From positions 1 through 52,321 of the IMG/VR virus record IMGVR_UViG_3300010362_000002: a stretch of DNA of 52,321 nt, one strand, 5' to 3'. The translations under genes and the position numbers were made by a program. Positions within the stretch are counted from its first letter, which is position 1; every line of letters begins with the position of its first letter. Under the pieces are notes generated by a model. That model ran no database searches and had not been told where the DNA came from. It saw only the letters and a list, made by a program, of their open reading frames with translations. Below are positions 34,822 to 44,235 of this stretch, piece after piece. Origin of the DNA: a virus (lineage: Duplodnaviria > Caudoviricetes).

Positions 34822-35636
34822 AGGCCGCTCTCGCACCCATATCTGCACCTGCACGCACCCTCAAATCGAAGCTAGTGAAAGTCGAGGCACAGAAGCTGCG
34901 TACACATCCTTATGCACAGCGTGAACTTCTACAGCACAAACTGAAACAGTTAAAAGAGGACCTCGATCTGGATGCTATTGGCGTGCTCCATGGTGTCGAG
35001 TATGCCATCAATGGCGAGTACGCGATCTGGATTATCGACGGCCAGCATCGCTGGCGTGCCCTGATGGACCACGGCTTCGGTGAGTGGGAAGTGGAAGTCA
35101 AAATCCACACCGAAGTGAAGGATGACGCCCGCGCCTCGGAGCTTTTCCTGAAACTGAATAATCGCGCGGTCGTCAAGGCCTACGACAAGTACGAGAATGC
35201 GCGGCGGGCGGGCCACAACAACGCGGTGAGCATCGCTAAGATCGCCACCGAGCGCAGCCTGCGCGTGGACCGGCAGAGCGCCGACGGACATCTCTGCTGC
35301 ATCACCGTACTAATGAACGTCTGGAATTTTGACGGCGGCAACACTTTGATTCTCACACTCGACACGTTGCTTGCGGCTTGGGGCCGCACGGCGGCGGCGG
35401 TCGAAGGCAAGCTTATCGAAGGTCTCGGGACGCTATATAAAACCTTCAACGGAACCATCGACCGGCCCGTGCTTGTGAAGAAGCTAGCCAAGTATCCCGG
35501 CGGCGCTTCCGGCTTGATCGGTGACGCTAGAGGCCTGCGGCAGTTCCGGCATGCCTCGGTCTCGCGCTGCGTCGCCGAACGCATCATTGAACTTTACAAT
35601 GTGGGCCGCAGGAACGGAAAGCTGGACCCGCTATGA
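34818..35636 (+). CDS. Second ParB/Srx-like protein (DGQHR type)
   Basis: AQREL, IIDGQHRWRAL, SELFLKLN; ATGA-coupled to the first. Confidence 0.75.
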   Translation: MKAALAPISAPARTLKSKLVKVEAQKLRTHPYAQRELLQHKLKQLKEDLDLDAIGVLHGVEYAINGEYAIWIIDGQHRWRALMDHGFGEWEVEVKIHTEVKDDARASELFLKLNNRAVVKAYDKYENARRAGHNNAVSIAKIATERSLRVDRQSADGHLCCITVLMNVWNFDGGNTLILTLDTLLAAWGRTAAAVEGKLIEGLGTLYKTFNGTIDRPVLVKKLAKYPGGASGLIGDARGLRQFRHASVSRCVAERIIELYNVGRRNGKLDPL

Positions 35637-35703
35637 CGGTTTTGGCGCGAACGTCGCCAAGCAGCGGCGCGGCGGGCCAAAGTTGCAGGAGGTAAATAAT
35701 TCA

Positions 35704-36048
35704 ATGGAACGAACACCGACCGACTTACTCGCGGTCTTACTCGAAATGAGATCCGGCCTTGTCGCGGCGGATCTAAATGCTAAGTTCAACGAGGTCTTGG
35801 GCGCGGTATTGGACAATGCTGGAAAGGGCGAACTGACCATCAAGCTCTCGTTCGCTCCATCCCGCTTGGCGATGGGCGGCGCGGTCATCGAAATCGAAGC
35901 GCTGCATTCGACGACCCTAAAAAAGCCGGAAAACAAAATAGGTAAGTCCGCGTTTTTTGTGGGCGCGAACGGGCAACTTTCCAGAGATAACCCGGATCAG
36001 GTCGCTATGTTCGGGGAATCCAATCCACAACGGAAGGAGAAAAAATAA
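35704..36048 (+). CDS. Conserved phage protein upstream of DUF2303
   Basis: AGGAGGT SD; GKGELTIKL...FFVGANGQLSRDNP. Confidence 0.7.
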   Translation: MERTPTDLLAVLLEMRSGLVAADLNAKFNEVLGAVLDNAGKGELTIKLSFAPSRLAMGGAVIEIEALHSTTLKKPENKIGKSAFFVGANGQLSRDNPDQVAMFGESNPQRKEKK

Positions 36049-36050
36049 CG

Positions 36051-36878
36051 ATGCCCGAACTCACCGAAAAAACCGTGGAATCGATTGCCATGCTGGCCCG
36101 CGCCAGCGGAGCAGTCATTGACGTGCCGGGTGGCACGCATCCCTTCGCGGTGATTCCGAGGGACGCGCAGATCGTCTCTCTCGACAAACACGTCTTCAAC
36201 GAGCATCAGGCGAAGCCGGAGCGGATCAAGGAGACCGTGACCGTTCTGGACGCCGAGAGCTTCATCGGCTACTACAACGACTTCGCCGACGAGCACTCGC
36301 TGGTGATGGCTTACGAGCCGTGTTCGCGGATCAGCGGCTACCTCGACTATCACCAGGGCAACGATGCGCCACGCTGGTGCGAGCATGTCGTCCAGTTGGA
36401 CCTGCGGCACTCGGTCGAATGGGACGCCTGGACTCAAGGCAACAACAAGCAGTTCACGCAGATGGGCTTCGCTGAATTTCTGGAGCAGCACGCGGTCGAG
36501 ATCTCGCAGCCGACGCCTGCGGCCATCATCGACATCTGCCGCGACCTGCAGGGGAAGTCGGAGGTCGAGTTCGGCAGCGGCGCTCGCACGCAGAGCGGGC
36601 AGATCCAACTGCGGTATTCGGAGACGATCCGCACTACCGTCGGCGGCGGCACCGTCGAGGTGCCCGAGGTGTTCACCATCGAGATTCCGGTGTACCTGGG
36701 CGGCGACACGGTGCCGATCCAAGCCCTGCTGCGCTACCGGATCAAGGAGTGCAAGCTGGTGCTCTGGTACACGCTAGTGCGGGCCGACGAGGCCAAGCGT
36801 GCGGCATTCGGCGCGGCGCGGAAGCGCATCGCCGACGAGTTGAAGGTCTCGATCCTCAACGGAAAGCTGGAGGAGTAG
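36051..36878 (+). CDS. DUF2303 (YfdQ-like) phage protein
   Basis: SFIGYYN, LDYH, S.EW..W, Q..FAEFLE, F.IEIPVY.G, LRYR. Confidence 0.85.
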   Translation: MPELTEKTVESIAMLARASGAVIDVPGGTHPFAVIPRDAQIVSLDKHVFNEHQAKPERIKETVTVLDAESFIGYYNDFADEHSLVMAYEPCSRISGYLDYHQGNDAPRWCEHVVQLDLRHSVEWDAWTQGNNKQFTQMGFAEFLEQHAVEISQPTPAAIIDICRDLQGKSEVEFGSGARTQSGQIQLRYSETIRTTVGGGTVEVPEVFTIEIPVYLGGDTVPIQALLRYRIKECKLVLWYTLVRADEAKRAAFGAARKRIADELKVSILNGKLEE

Positions 36879-37067
36879 ATGACCACCATCGCGAGGCCGG
36901 TCGTCCGCGAGACGGCCATCGAGGAGCGGGGCAGGCCGATCATCGTCGAGCTTTCCCCGCGCATCATCACTCTCCGCTTAAAGGGTACGCGGGAACAATT
37001 CCGCGTGCCCTTCGATGTTGTGCTCGACTTGGCGCGGAAGCGCGACTGGCTGCAGAAGCGGGCTTGA
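36879..37067 (+). CDS. Small hypothetical protein
   Basis: GGAGGAG SD; coupled on both sides. Confidence 0.65.
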   Translation: MTTIARPVVRETAIEERGRPIIVELSPRIITLRLKGTREQFRVPFDVVLDLARKRDWLQKRA

Positions 37068-37864
37068 TGTTCCTGGCGAACACAAGCCGGGGGCACCAGC
37101 AGAGTCCAGCACTTTCCGGGGAACTGGGCACATGCCCACTGTGCGGGCGAACCGTCCTAGCAAAGTGCGGCGAGATTGTACAGTGGCATTGGGCACACGA
37201 GTCGGCCATCGATTGCGATCCGTGGTCAGAGCCTGAAAGCCCGTGGCACTACACCTGGAAGAACAGATTCCCGCGCGAGTGCCAGGAGATCATCGTCGGC
37301 CAGCACCGGGCCGATGTTATCAGCGAGCGGGGATGGATTCTAGAGTTCCAGCATTGTCCGTTATCGGTAGCCGAGATTCGCGAGCGTGAGCAATTCTACG
37401 GGACCAAGTTGATTTGGATTGCCGATGGCAAAGATTGCGGTAAGAACTTTCATTTCAGAAAGACCCAGAAGCATGGTCCCGAACTGACCAATCGCGTGCC
37501 GGTAACATTCCGGTGGAAGTGGCCGCGTAAGACCTGGGCGACCGCGCGGCGTCCCGTGTTCGTGGATTTGGATGGCGAGCTACTCCTGCGCATTCGCTGG
37601 ATGTCATTGAGCACGCCGTGCGGCGGATGGGGAATACTTACTCCCGTTTCGGCATTCCTGGGTTGGGCCTTAGCAGGCACGAAGCCGTTCAGCCCGTGGC
37701 GAAACTCAAGCTCGAATTGGCTGGCAGAGCACGTCTTCGATCAGCAACGGCGTGCCGATAGTTATGGCGTCGATTACTACCGCGCATTTGCCGACTACGA
37801 ATACGAGGGGGTTGCCGACTATGAGGATGACGAGGACGAAGGAGAATCAGCATGCGCGATCTGA
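37067..37864 (+). CDS. CoiA-like Zn-finger PD-(D/E)XK nuclease
   Basis: CPLCG...KCG...HWAH...C...ES.WH..WK, HRADV, LEFQH. Confidence 0.8.
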   Translation: MFLANTSRGHQQSPALSGELGTCPLCGRTVLAKCGEIVQWHWAHESAIDCDPWSEPESPWHYTWKNRFPRECQEIIVGQHRADVISERGWILEFQHCPLSVAEIREREQFYGTKLIWIADGKDCGKNFHFRKTQKHGPELTNRVPVTFRWKWPRKTWATARRPVFVDLDGELLLRIRWMSLSTPCGGWGILTPVSAFLGWALAGTKPFSPWRNSSSNWLAEHVFDQQRRADSYGVDYYRAFADYEYEGVADYEDDEDEGESACAI

Positions 37865-38130
37865 CAAAGAGCGAACTAGAGGAATACTTTTGCTTTGCGC
37901 GTGATGACAAGAAGGCTGGCGATTTCCATTTAGACCAAACCCAATTAGTTGGCAACGTTCTCCTAAGCGCCGGACTGCTGAAAACGGCGGCGGTGAAGAT
38001 GCTGATGGCTCTCAGCGAAGGAATGGACCCACACGACGTACTCGTTTCGTTTTGGGTATTGGCTTTCCAAATGGGCCGCGAGTGTGAGTCCCGATTGATT
38101 ACAACTGCCTTGAAGGGTGGCAAGAGGTGA
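37852..38130 (+). CDS. Hypothetical protein
   Basis: AAGGAG SD; overlap coupling. Confidence 0.65.
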   Translation: MRDLTKSELEEYFCFARDDKKAGDFHLDQTQLVGNVLLSAGLLKTAAVKMLMALSEGMDPHDVLVSFWVLAFQMGRECESRLITTALKGGKR

Positions 38131-38134
38131 GCGC

Positions 38135-38473
38135 ATGTTTGAGATGTACGTAACGGAAATCTATTGCTCCAGCAAGAATTGCAACGTCCGGGAGAGCCAA
38201 GTCAGAACGAAGGATTTCGGCGATAACCGAGAACCCAAGCAGTGGCATTGTCCAGCTTGTGGATCGAAGGCCAAGGTCCATTGGCGGCGTACCGCCAGAG
38301 AACACGAAGTGGAGGAACTCAAGGTCGCCGTTGTACGGGTTAACTTGGCACTCCTCCTGCGAGAGAGCGGCGCTGACGCAGTACCGATGAGCTATCTGAT
38401 GCTTGACGAGCTTCCCGCTTCATGGCAATGTGTCCACCCACCCATCGACCAGACGGAAAGGCCTATCGCATGA
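38135..38473 (+). CDS. Zn-ribbon hypothetical protein
   Basis: GAGGT SD; CSSKNC...CPACG. Confidence 0.6.
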   Translation: MFEMYVTEIYCSSKNCNVRESQVRTKDFGDNREPKQWHCPACGSKAKVHWRRTAREHEVEELKVAVVRVNLALLLRESGADAVPMSYLMLDELPASWQCVHPPIDQTERPIA

Positions 38474-38856
38474 GCATGCCTCTCCAGACCGCCTTTGCCC
38501 GCGTCTTTCCCGGCGAAGAGTATCCCGGCGAGGAAGCGGCCTGCGAGTTCCTGGTCGCGGAGATTCTAATGAACCGCGACATCGCCGCCGATCCCAAGAC
38601 CGGCCCGATGCGCTCGTTCCGCGATATCTCGCACGCGCACGATTCGATCACCGGCATTCTGGTCGATGAAGAGATCCGTGAGGTGATCCATGACGACGGC
38701 GTGCTGCAGGACATGATGGCCCGCGCGTCGGTGCTTTGTTGGGTTTTGAAGCACGACCACAATCTGCAATTCACCGAGTGGCTAGGCAACGTGCGGAAGC
38801 TAGTCCACGCGATGGGATTAGCGATGGTTCCCGACGAGGAAGGAAGGACCCGATGA
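38470..38856 (+). CDS. Hypothetical protein
   Basis: ATGA coupling on both sides. Confidence 0.65.
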   Translation: MSMPLQTAFARVFPGEEYPGEEAACEFLVAEILMNRDIAADPKTGPMRSFRDISHAHDSITGILVDEEIREVIHDDGVLQDMMARASVLCWVLKHDHNLQFTEWLGNVRKLVHAMGLAMVPDEEGRTR

Positions 38857-39149
38857 TGGCGATGGAGAAGTCCACACTCGACCGCGCCGACTTCCTGGAG
38901 CGGCACTACACACTGGGCGAACTGGCGAAGGCGTGGCACATGTCGATTGCCAGCCTGCGCCCCTGGTTTCTGGATGAGCCGGGTGTTATTAAATTCGGTT
39001 CGGGCAAATTAAAAAAGGGACGGAAGCGGGTGTATGTTTCGCTTCGCGTCCCTGAGAGTGTGGCGCGGCGGGTGTACCGCGCCAGGACAGGCCGGGAGAT
39101 TACGCCGGGACGGCCATCGGTTGCGGGCAAGCCGGTGCAGGGTAGTTGA
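38853..39149 (+). CDS. Excisionase-like wHTH protein
   Basis: HYTLGELAKAWHMS..SLR.WF.DEPGV...LRVPESVA; convergent on and overlapping the integrase 3' end. Confidence 0.7.
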   Translation: MMAMEKSTLDRADFLERHYTLGELAKAWHMSIASLRPWFLDEPGVIKFGSGKLKKGRKRVYVSLRVPESVARRVYRARTGREITPGRPSVAGKPVQGS

Positions 39150-40407
39150 GGACTGAGGTCTTGCTGCTCAAGCGTTCGCGATACGAAGGGACGAGGTTCA
39201 GGTAGTGCTTCTGCGTGATCTTGACATCGCTGTGGCCGAGCATCTGCGAGACTGCGAAAATGTCCGCGCCGCCGACCAGCATGTTCACCGCGAAGGTATC
39301 GCGGAAACGGTGGCATCCGCCTTCGAGACCGGCGGCCCGGAGCACCTTGCCGACCAGGGTCATCGCGGCCTGCATCTCGCGCTCGTAGGCGCGGGCGGGC
39401 AGATGCTTCTGGAAGTGCTGCCCCTTGCGCAGGGCCTGCCGCGCCTCGCTGTAGTCGCCTTCCCGATCCGCCACGAAGAAGTACGTGCGCGATGCGGGGA
39501 GGGCCTTCAGGGCCTCGACGGCCAGCGGGTTGAGGATCAGCGGCAGCTTGATGCGGGCGCGGGTCTTGATCATCCGGTATTCGAGCAGGCCGTCCTCGCG
39601 CAGCGAGGAGCGTTCCAGCCACACCGCATCGGAGATCCGCATGCCGCTATAGAGCATCAGCAGGATCAACGCGCGGACGCGCTCGTAGTCGTGCTTGAGG
39701 GGCCGGAAGCGCTTGACGCTCTTGGCGAGGGCGGCGATGCCCTGGCGCTTGGGCCGGTACTGCGCCAGCCGGTGATCCTGCACGCCGATATTTTCGAGCG
39801 CGGCAAAGATCCTGGCAATCTCGGCATGCGTGAACGGGGAACGCGGCTGATCGATGGGCGCGTCCACGGCGACGGCTGCGGCGGGCGATTCGGCGATGAA
39901 CTTGCGCTTGGAGGCGTAAGTGAAGAAGACCCGCAGGTAGGTGAGCCTGCCGATCTTGGTGCGCTGCGCCCAATCCACGTTGGCCTCGAAGTAGCTCTCG
40001 ATGACCAGGGGCTCGATCTGCCGCATCAGCGTGATCTGGCGCGATTCGCAGTAGAGGCGGAAGTGCTCCAGCGAGCGTTGGTACAGCTTCTGCGTGTTGT
40101 CCGACGAACCCTTCTTCGACTTCAGGAAAAGCTCCTGCGCGGCTTCGATGGTCAGTTCGCCGCCGACCGCGATCTTCTGCTTGCCGCCATCGGGGCCGTT
40201 GGGATCACCGGCGAGCAGATCCTTGCGGCGCATGTCGGCGATGCTCAGGCTGCGCGTGTCGAGCGATTGGCGTATGATCTTTCCACCGATCTGCCCATGG
40301 CACCAGAGCACGCAATCGCACTGGTCGAGCGTCTTGCCGATGGCGGCGCACTTACCGGCATGCCGCCGGTAGAGCGTCAGTTTGTCTTTGAGGGGGCGTC
40401 GTGTCAT
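39100..40407 (-). CDS. int: Tyrosine integrase
   Basis: YSGMRISD (R), HRFRDTF (HxxR), MLGH, KHY; N-terminal H-x3-C...CxC arm domain. Confidence 0.95.
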   Translation of the reverse strand: MTRRPLKDKLTLYRRHAGKCAAIGKTLDQCDCVLWCHGQIGGKIIRQSLDTRSLSIADMRRKDLLAGDPNGPDGGKQKIAVGGELTIEAAQELFLKSKKGSSDNTQKLYQRSLEHFRLYCESRQITLMRQIEPLVIESYFEANVDWAQRTKIGRLTYLRVFFTYASKRKFIAESPAAAVAVDAPIDQPRSPFTHAEIARIFAALENIGVQDHRLAQYRPKRQGIAALAKSVKRFRPLKHDYERVRALILLMLYSGMRISDAVWLERSSLREDGLLEYRMIKTRARIKLPLILNPLAVEALKALPASRTYFFVADREGDYSEARQALRKGQHFQKHLPARAYEREMQAAMTLVGKVLRAAGLEGGCHRFRDTFAVNMLVGGADIFAVSQMLGHSDVKITQKHYLNLVPSYRERLSSKTSVLNYPAPACPQPMAVPA

Positions 40408-40619
40408 GTCCAGAGTATAGCAGGGTTCTGGACAGGTTTTCTGTACAGTATATTTTGCGGATTGTGGAATCAGTGGTTTACGAGGCTATCAAATAGAAGA
40501 AGGTCTTGTTTTGTCCACACGTGGAATCAGCTACTTAGCTTTGCTTTCAATTACATAGATTTCCATATTGTCCATATTTCACCCCTTCGCTGTACAAGTC
40601 TGTACAGGGTAGGTGCCGC
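40408..40619. other. Candidate attP
   Basis: AT-rich; IHF-like AATCAGTGGTTTA (40468) and AATCAGCTACTTA (40525); paired arm-like CTG(G/T)ACA(G/A) repeats at 40428/40441 and 40590/40600. Confidence 0.65.
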
Positions 40620-40994
40620 ATGACCGATCAGCTTGCGGCTTGCTTCCACGACCACGTCCGCATCAACGAGTGGGATTACGGTCGCTGCGCTGAAACCGGC
40701 TACCACGATTGCGGAACCGAGATCACCTGCCTCGACTGCGGCGATGTGTTCGACGACGCGGAGTTCCGGCGCGAACTCGACTGCATCGCCGACGAGTGCG
40801 AAGCGCTCCGCTGCGGCACCCTGCTCGAAGCTCCGCTCGGCCTCACCATCGAAGTGCTCGATGTGCAGAACGGCGAAGTCATCTACCGGACGCGCGACGG
40901 CGACCGGATCATCGGTCCTTTGACCAAAGCGCCGCTGCCGCTGGTCGTCGGCAATCTGCGGCGGCACGCGCTCACCCGACTGGAGGCCTCGTGA
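40620..40994 (+). CDS. Hypothetical protein with Cys/His motif
   Basis: CFH...CLDCG; AGGT SD. Confidence 0.6.
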   Translation: MTDQLAACFHDHVRINEWDYGRCAETGYHDCGTEITCLDCGDVFDDAEFRRELDCIADECEALRCGTLLEAPLGLTIEVLDVQNGEVIYRTRDGDRIIGPLTKAPLPLVVGNLRRHALTRLEAS

Positions 40995-41323
40995 ACCAGG
41001 AATACTTCGAGTTCGATTCGACAGAACCCGAACCCGAGCCGCCCTACGTCGCGCACTCGGAGACCAGCCGCGCGGCGGCGGAATCCATCGAGCCGGATGC
41101 CGCCACGCTGCGCGGCAAGGTCCTGGCGCTACTTCGCCAACGCCGACACCAAGGGGCGACCGACGAAGAGATGCAGGCCGTCCTGCGCATGAACCCGAGC
41201 ACGCAACGCCCGCGCCGGATCGAACTCTGCAACGCCGATCTGGTCATGGATTCCAACCGGCACCGCAACACGCGCAGCGGTCGCAGAGCGGTCGTGTGGA
41301 TCGCCAGGGAGTTCGCCCAATAA
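40991..41323 (+). CDS. Small wHTH-like phage protein
   Basis: TSRAAA, GATDEE, STQRPRRIEL, TRSGRRAVVW. Confidence 0.7.
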   Translation: MNQEYFEFDSTEPEPEPPYVAHSETSRAAAESIEPDAATLRGKVLALLRQRRHQGATDEEMQAVLRMNPSTQRPRRIELCNADLVMDSNRHRNTRSGRRAVVWIAREFAQ

Positions 41324-41664
41324 TGTGCCCTACCTGCAAATGCGCGATCCCCGAACTCGCCATCGTGTGCCCTAACTGCGCCGACAACGCGAGCAAGAAC
41401 GCGGCCCTGCATCAACAGCTTCAGATCTTGCCGCGCGTGCTCTCGCACGAGGTCGAAATGAAGGTCTGCGATCCCGGTAGAGGCAAGCGACATCTCGTGC
41501 TGTTCGGCGTGCCGAGGCGGGCCTATTGCTGGCAAATACTGCCCACGGTGCCGCGCACGCGGTACTCGATCAAGTACGACCGGCTCGACGACACCGTGAA
41601 CTGCCGCGACTGCCAGCGGGCGCTCGCCGGATTGATGGCACAGATGCGGCGGGCCGCCGTATGA
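41323..41664 (+). CDS. Cys-rich Zn-finger hypothetical protein
   Basis: CPTC, CPNC, CRDC; TAATG coupling. Confidence 0.65.
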   Translation: MCPTCKCAIPELAIVCPNCADNASKNAALHQQLQILPRVLSHEVEMKVCDPGRGKRHLVLFGVPRRAYCWQILPTVPRTRYSIKYDRLDDTVNCRDCQRALAGLMAQMRRAAV

Positions 41665-42032
41665 GCCAGCGGTTTCGATTGACGCCTTACCAGCCGAAGG
41701 TGCTGGAGAAGCACGTCGTCGAAGCCTGCACGCAATTCCTCAACCTGCGCGGCTACCTGACCATCCGCATCCCGAGCGGTCGCTACTGGACTATCGACAA
41801 GAAGCGCATGGTGAGCTTCCCGGCGGGCCTGCCGGATTACTGCGCGATCCACGGTGAGCATCGCTCGTTCTTCATCGAGTTCAAGCGTGAGCGCGGCGGC
41901 GTTGTGTCGGACGCCCAGGAGCGGAAGCACCAACAACTGGAAGCGTTCCGGCTGATCGTGCTGGTCTGCTCATCGCTCGAAGATTTGGCGGCATGGCTGC
42001 CGCAGCACGAAGGGCGGGCGCGAGGCCCATAA
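41661..42032 (+). CDS. VRR-NUC domain nuclease (resolvase-like)
   Basis: GLPD, FFIEFK, S.AQ. Confidence 0.85.
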   Translation: MSQRFRLTPYQPKVLEKHVVEACTQFLNLRGYLTIRIPSGRYWTIDKKRMVSFPAGLPDYCAIHGEHRSFFIEFKRERGGVVSDAQERKHQQLEAFRLIVLVCSSLEDLAAWLPQHEGRARGP

Positions 42033-42074
42033 AAAAAGCGCCTCCAGGTAACTTCCGGTATACCCGAAGGCGCT
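42031..42074 (-). terminator. Minus-strand terminator-like hairpin in the leader of the replication gene
   Basis: AAAAAA-AGCGCCT...AGGCGCT on +, i.e. hairpin plus U-tract on the minus strand. Confidence 0.55.
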
Positions 42075-42154
42075 CGGTGTCTTGCGCGATGGGCCGTAGA
42101 AACCCATCCCCCCGGAAAGGCCCCTCAGACTTCTGCACTAAGGAGATTCAAACG

Positions 42155-43063
42155 ATGTCGCATATTACACCGCTCAAACACTTCCGGCCCACGCCGATCC
42201 ACCCGGTGGTGAACCGCCTGAGTAAGAACACCCAGACCATTCTCTCATGGCTGTTGTGGCACCGGAACAGCAAGACCGGACAGTGTAATCCAAGGATCGA
42301 GACCTTAGCCAAGGAATGTAACTGTTCTGTAGCTACGGTGAACCGGGCTCTACGGCAATTGCGGCAGGCTGGCATCATCGAGACCGACCGGAGCTATCGC
42401 GCGTCGAGTTACCGGATCACCGAAGAAGAGCGATGGCGGCGGCTTCCGCGACCACCGAAACAACTCTCTCTATTTGCACCCGAGCCGCGTCAGAAACCCG
42501 TTTTGATACATCATTCTGCGGTCAAAAATGACATATCATTCCTGACACTATTTCTCGCTGCCATCCTTACTGAACTAACGAAGCTTTCTTCTGAACCAAA
42601 GGGTGCTCCCGCCGCCGCCCAGGAAGCTAGTGGTATTCCAGAGAACCGGGCACCCGAGCCAGCGGTGGTGGCGGCTCCCCCTCCGGTCGAAGAACAAAGG
42701 CCCAAACACCAACACCGGACACCACCGGCGAAGTCGCAAAACGAGCAATTACTGCGAGACCTCCAGAAGGTCCACCCCATGCCGGGGAACAGCCGCAGGG
42801 CCGCAGCGGAGTTGGACGCGGTGTTGGCGGGTGGAACGACGGAGCAGGAGATCCGCACGTCGCACGCGCAGTGGTGCCGGTGGTGGAAAGCGAAGCCGCG
42901 ATACGTGCCGCAGTTGTGGCGTTGGTTCAACGAAGGCGAGTGGGAGATGCCGCCCAACGAGGATGCGATAGCGGCGGCTAACTGGCGTCCGAAATCGTTC
43001 GCGGAGATGGATGACGAAAGCATGAACGAGAAGGTGTTGGCATTATGTCGGTCCTCGAAGTAG
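42155..43063 (+). CDS. HTH replication initiator
   Basis: TAAGGAG SD; CNPRIETLAKECNCSVATVNRALRQLRQAGII; C-terminal YVPQLWRWFNEGEW; low-complexity linker. Confidence 0.8.
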   Translation: MSHITPLKHFRPTPIHPVVNRLSKNTQTILSWLLWHRNSKTGQCNPRIETLAKECNCSVATVNRALRQLRQAGIIETDRSYRASSYRITEEERWRRLPRPPKQLSLFAPEPRQKPVLIHHSAVKNDISFLTLFLAAILTELTKLSSEPKGAPAAAQEASGIPENRAPEPAVVAAPPPVEEQRPKHQHRTPPAKSQNEQLLRDLQKVHPMPGNSRRAAAELDAVLAGGTTEQEIRTSHAQWCRWWKAKPRYVPQLWRWFNEGEWEMPPNEDAIAAANWRPKSFAEMDDESMNEKVLALCRSSK

Positions 43064-43467
43064 AAGCCCTGCGGATCGTCAACCGCTTCAAGGTGCTCCC
43101 CAAGTTTCCGCGCTCGCCGGAAGGAGTGCTGGAGCTTGTGAGGGCATTGCAGACGGCCAAGAACAACGTGGTGGCCGAACACTGGGCGGAACACTGGCTG
43201 CGCAGTGAGATCCGTGCGCCGCTGCCATCGGACATCTACAGCATGTTCGATTCGCCGGGCAAACTCTCGCCGGTGACCATGAATGCGGTGCGCCTGCCGA
43301 GCGGCGACTGGGCACCTCCGGTATACAAGTGCAATCTCTGCGAAGACACCGGCTGGTACATCACGCGCGGCGGCAAGATGCCGGATGTGGATTGTCAGTA
43401 CGAAGGCGCGAGAAAGTGTCTGCATCCGCCGGAATTTCGAGGGGAGTTGTACGGGAGGAATTTATGA
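43045..43467 (+). CDS. Replication accessory protein (helicase loader/inhibitor-like)
   Basis: Follows the initiator; PLPSDI and CNLCEDTGW...C.H. Confidence 0.5.
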   Translation: MSVLEVEALRIVNRFKVLPKFPRSPEGVLELVRALQTAKNNVVAEHWAEHWLRSEIRAPLPSDIYSMFDSPGKLSPVTMNAVRLPSGDWAPPVYKCNLCEDTGWYITRGGKMPDVDCQYEGARKCLHPPEFRGELYGRNL

Positions 43468-44015
43468 CAAATGACGAATCAATGAGTCCAGAAAAATTTT
43501 GGCGCAAGCTGTTTCCCACTTTTGGGGCGGATCTGGAAGCGCCGTCGGATTGGAGCATGATCATTCAAGCGCTCCGATATCAGCATGAGTCATGGAAGGA
43601 CTCTATTGCGAAACTGGTCGAAAAGCAGATTAACCTAGACGCCTTTCTCAATTCCGAATACAACCCGAGAATTGGTCCACTCTTATTTCGCTGTTCGTCC
43701 TGCCATGGCTCGCAGGTTTGGATCGAAAGGGTAAAAACAATTCATGGGTCGAATAAAATCGCCGACGACGAACCTGTGGAGGGAACGCATCTAGCCGATT
43801 GGGAGCATCAATGGCCCGACCGTGGCGTAGCGATTGAGCTTCAGTGCGGATGCGAGCAGCGAGTCCGCTTCCGCGTTCAGGAACATAAAGGCGAGATTCT
43901 GCTACTGACTGAATCTATGGTCTGGTCATCCGTTCGCAGCGGTGACGACCAAAAGATCTCTGCCAGCGCTTTACGGATTTTGGAGGGACTCGAACCTCCA
44001 GAAGCATCCCGATAA
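43464..44015 (+). CDS. Hypothetical protein (more AT-rich)
   Basis: GGAGG SD; CSSC...CGC. Confidence 0.65.
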   Translation: MTNDESMSPEKFWRKLFPTFGADLEAPSDWSMIIQALRYQHESWKDSIAKLVEKQINLDAFLNSEYNPRIGPLLFRCSSCHGSQVWIERVKTIHGSNKIADDEPVEGTHLADWEHQWPDRGVAIELQCGCEQRVRFRVQEHKGEILLLTESMVWSSVRSGDDQKISASALRILEGLEPPEASR

Positions 44016-44046
44016 GGAGGGCTCATGAAGTTTGAAAGGAGTCCCT

Positions 44047-44235
44047 ATGATCCGCTGCCCGGTCTGCGATGACGACGGATGGGTGGCCCTGCCGCAGTGG
44101 GCGGATCACTTGAAGCAACTCATCAAGATCAAGAAAATCGCCTGCCCGCGCGGATGCCCGTTGAAAGATCCGACCGAGGCCGGTGTGCTGCCGTGGCCGC
44201 CGCCCGAAGCCGAACCCCAGGAGACCAAGCAATGA
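44047..44235 (+). CDS. Small Cys protein
   Basis: AAGGAG SD; CPVC...CPRGC. Confidence 0.55.
   Translation: MIRCPVCDDDGWVALPQWADHLKQLIKIKKIACPRGCPLKDPTEAGVLPWPPPEAEPQETKQ

Noticed and set aside
39205-40623. 472-aa + strand ORF over the integrase
   Set aside because: Antisense shadow of int with no recognisable motif.
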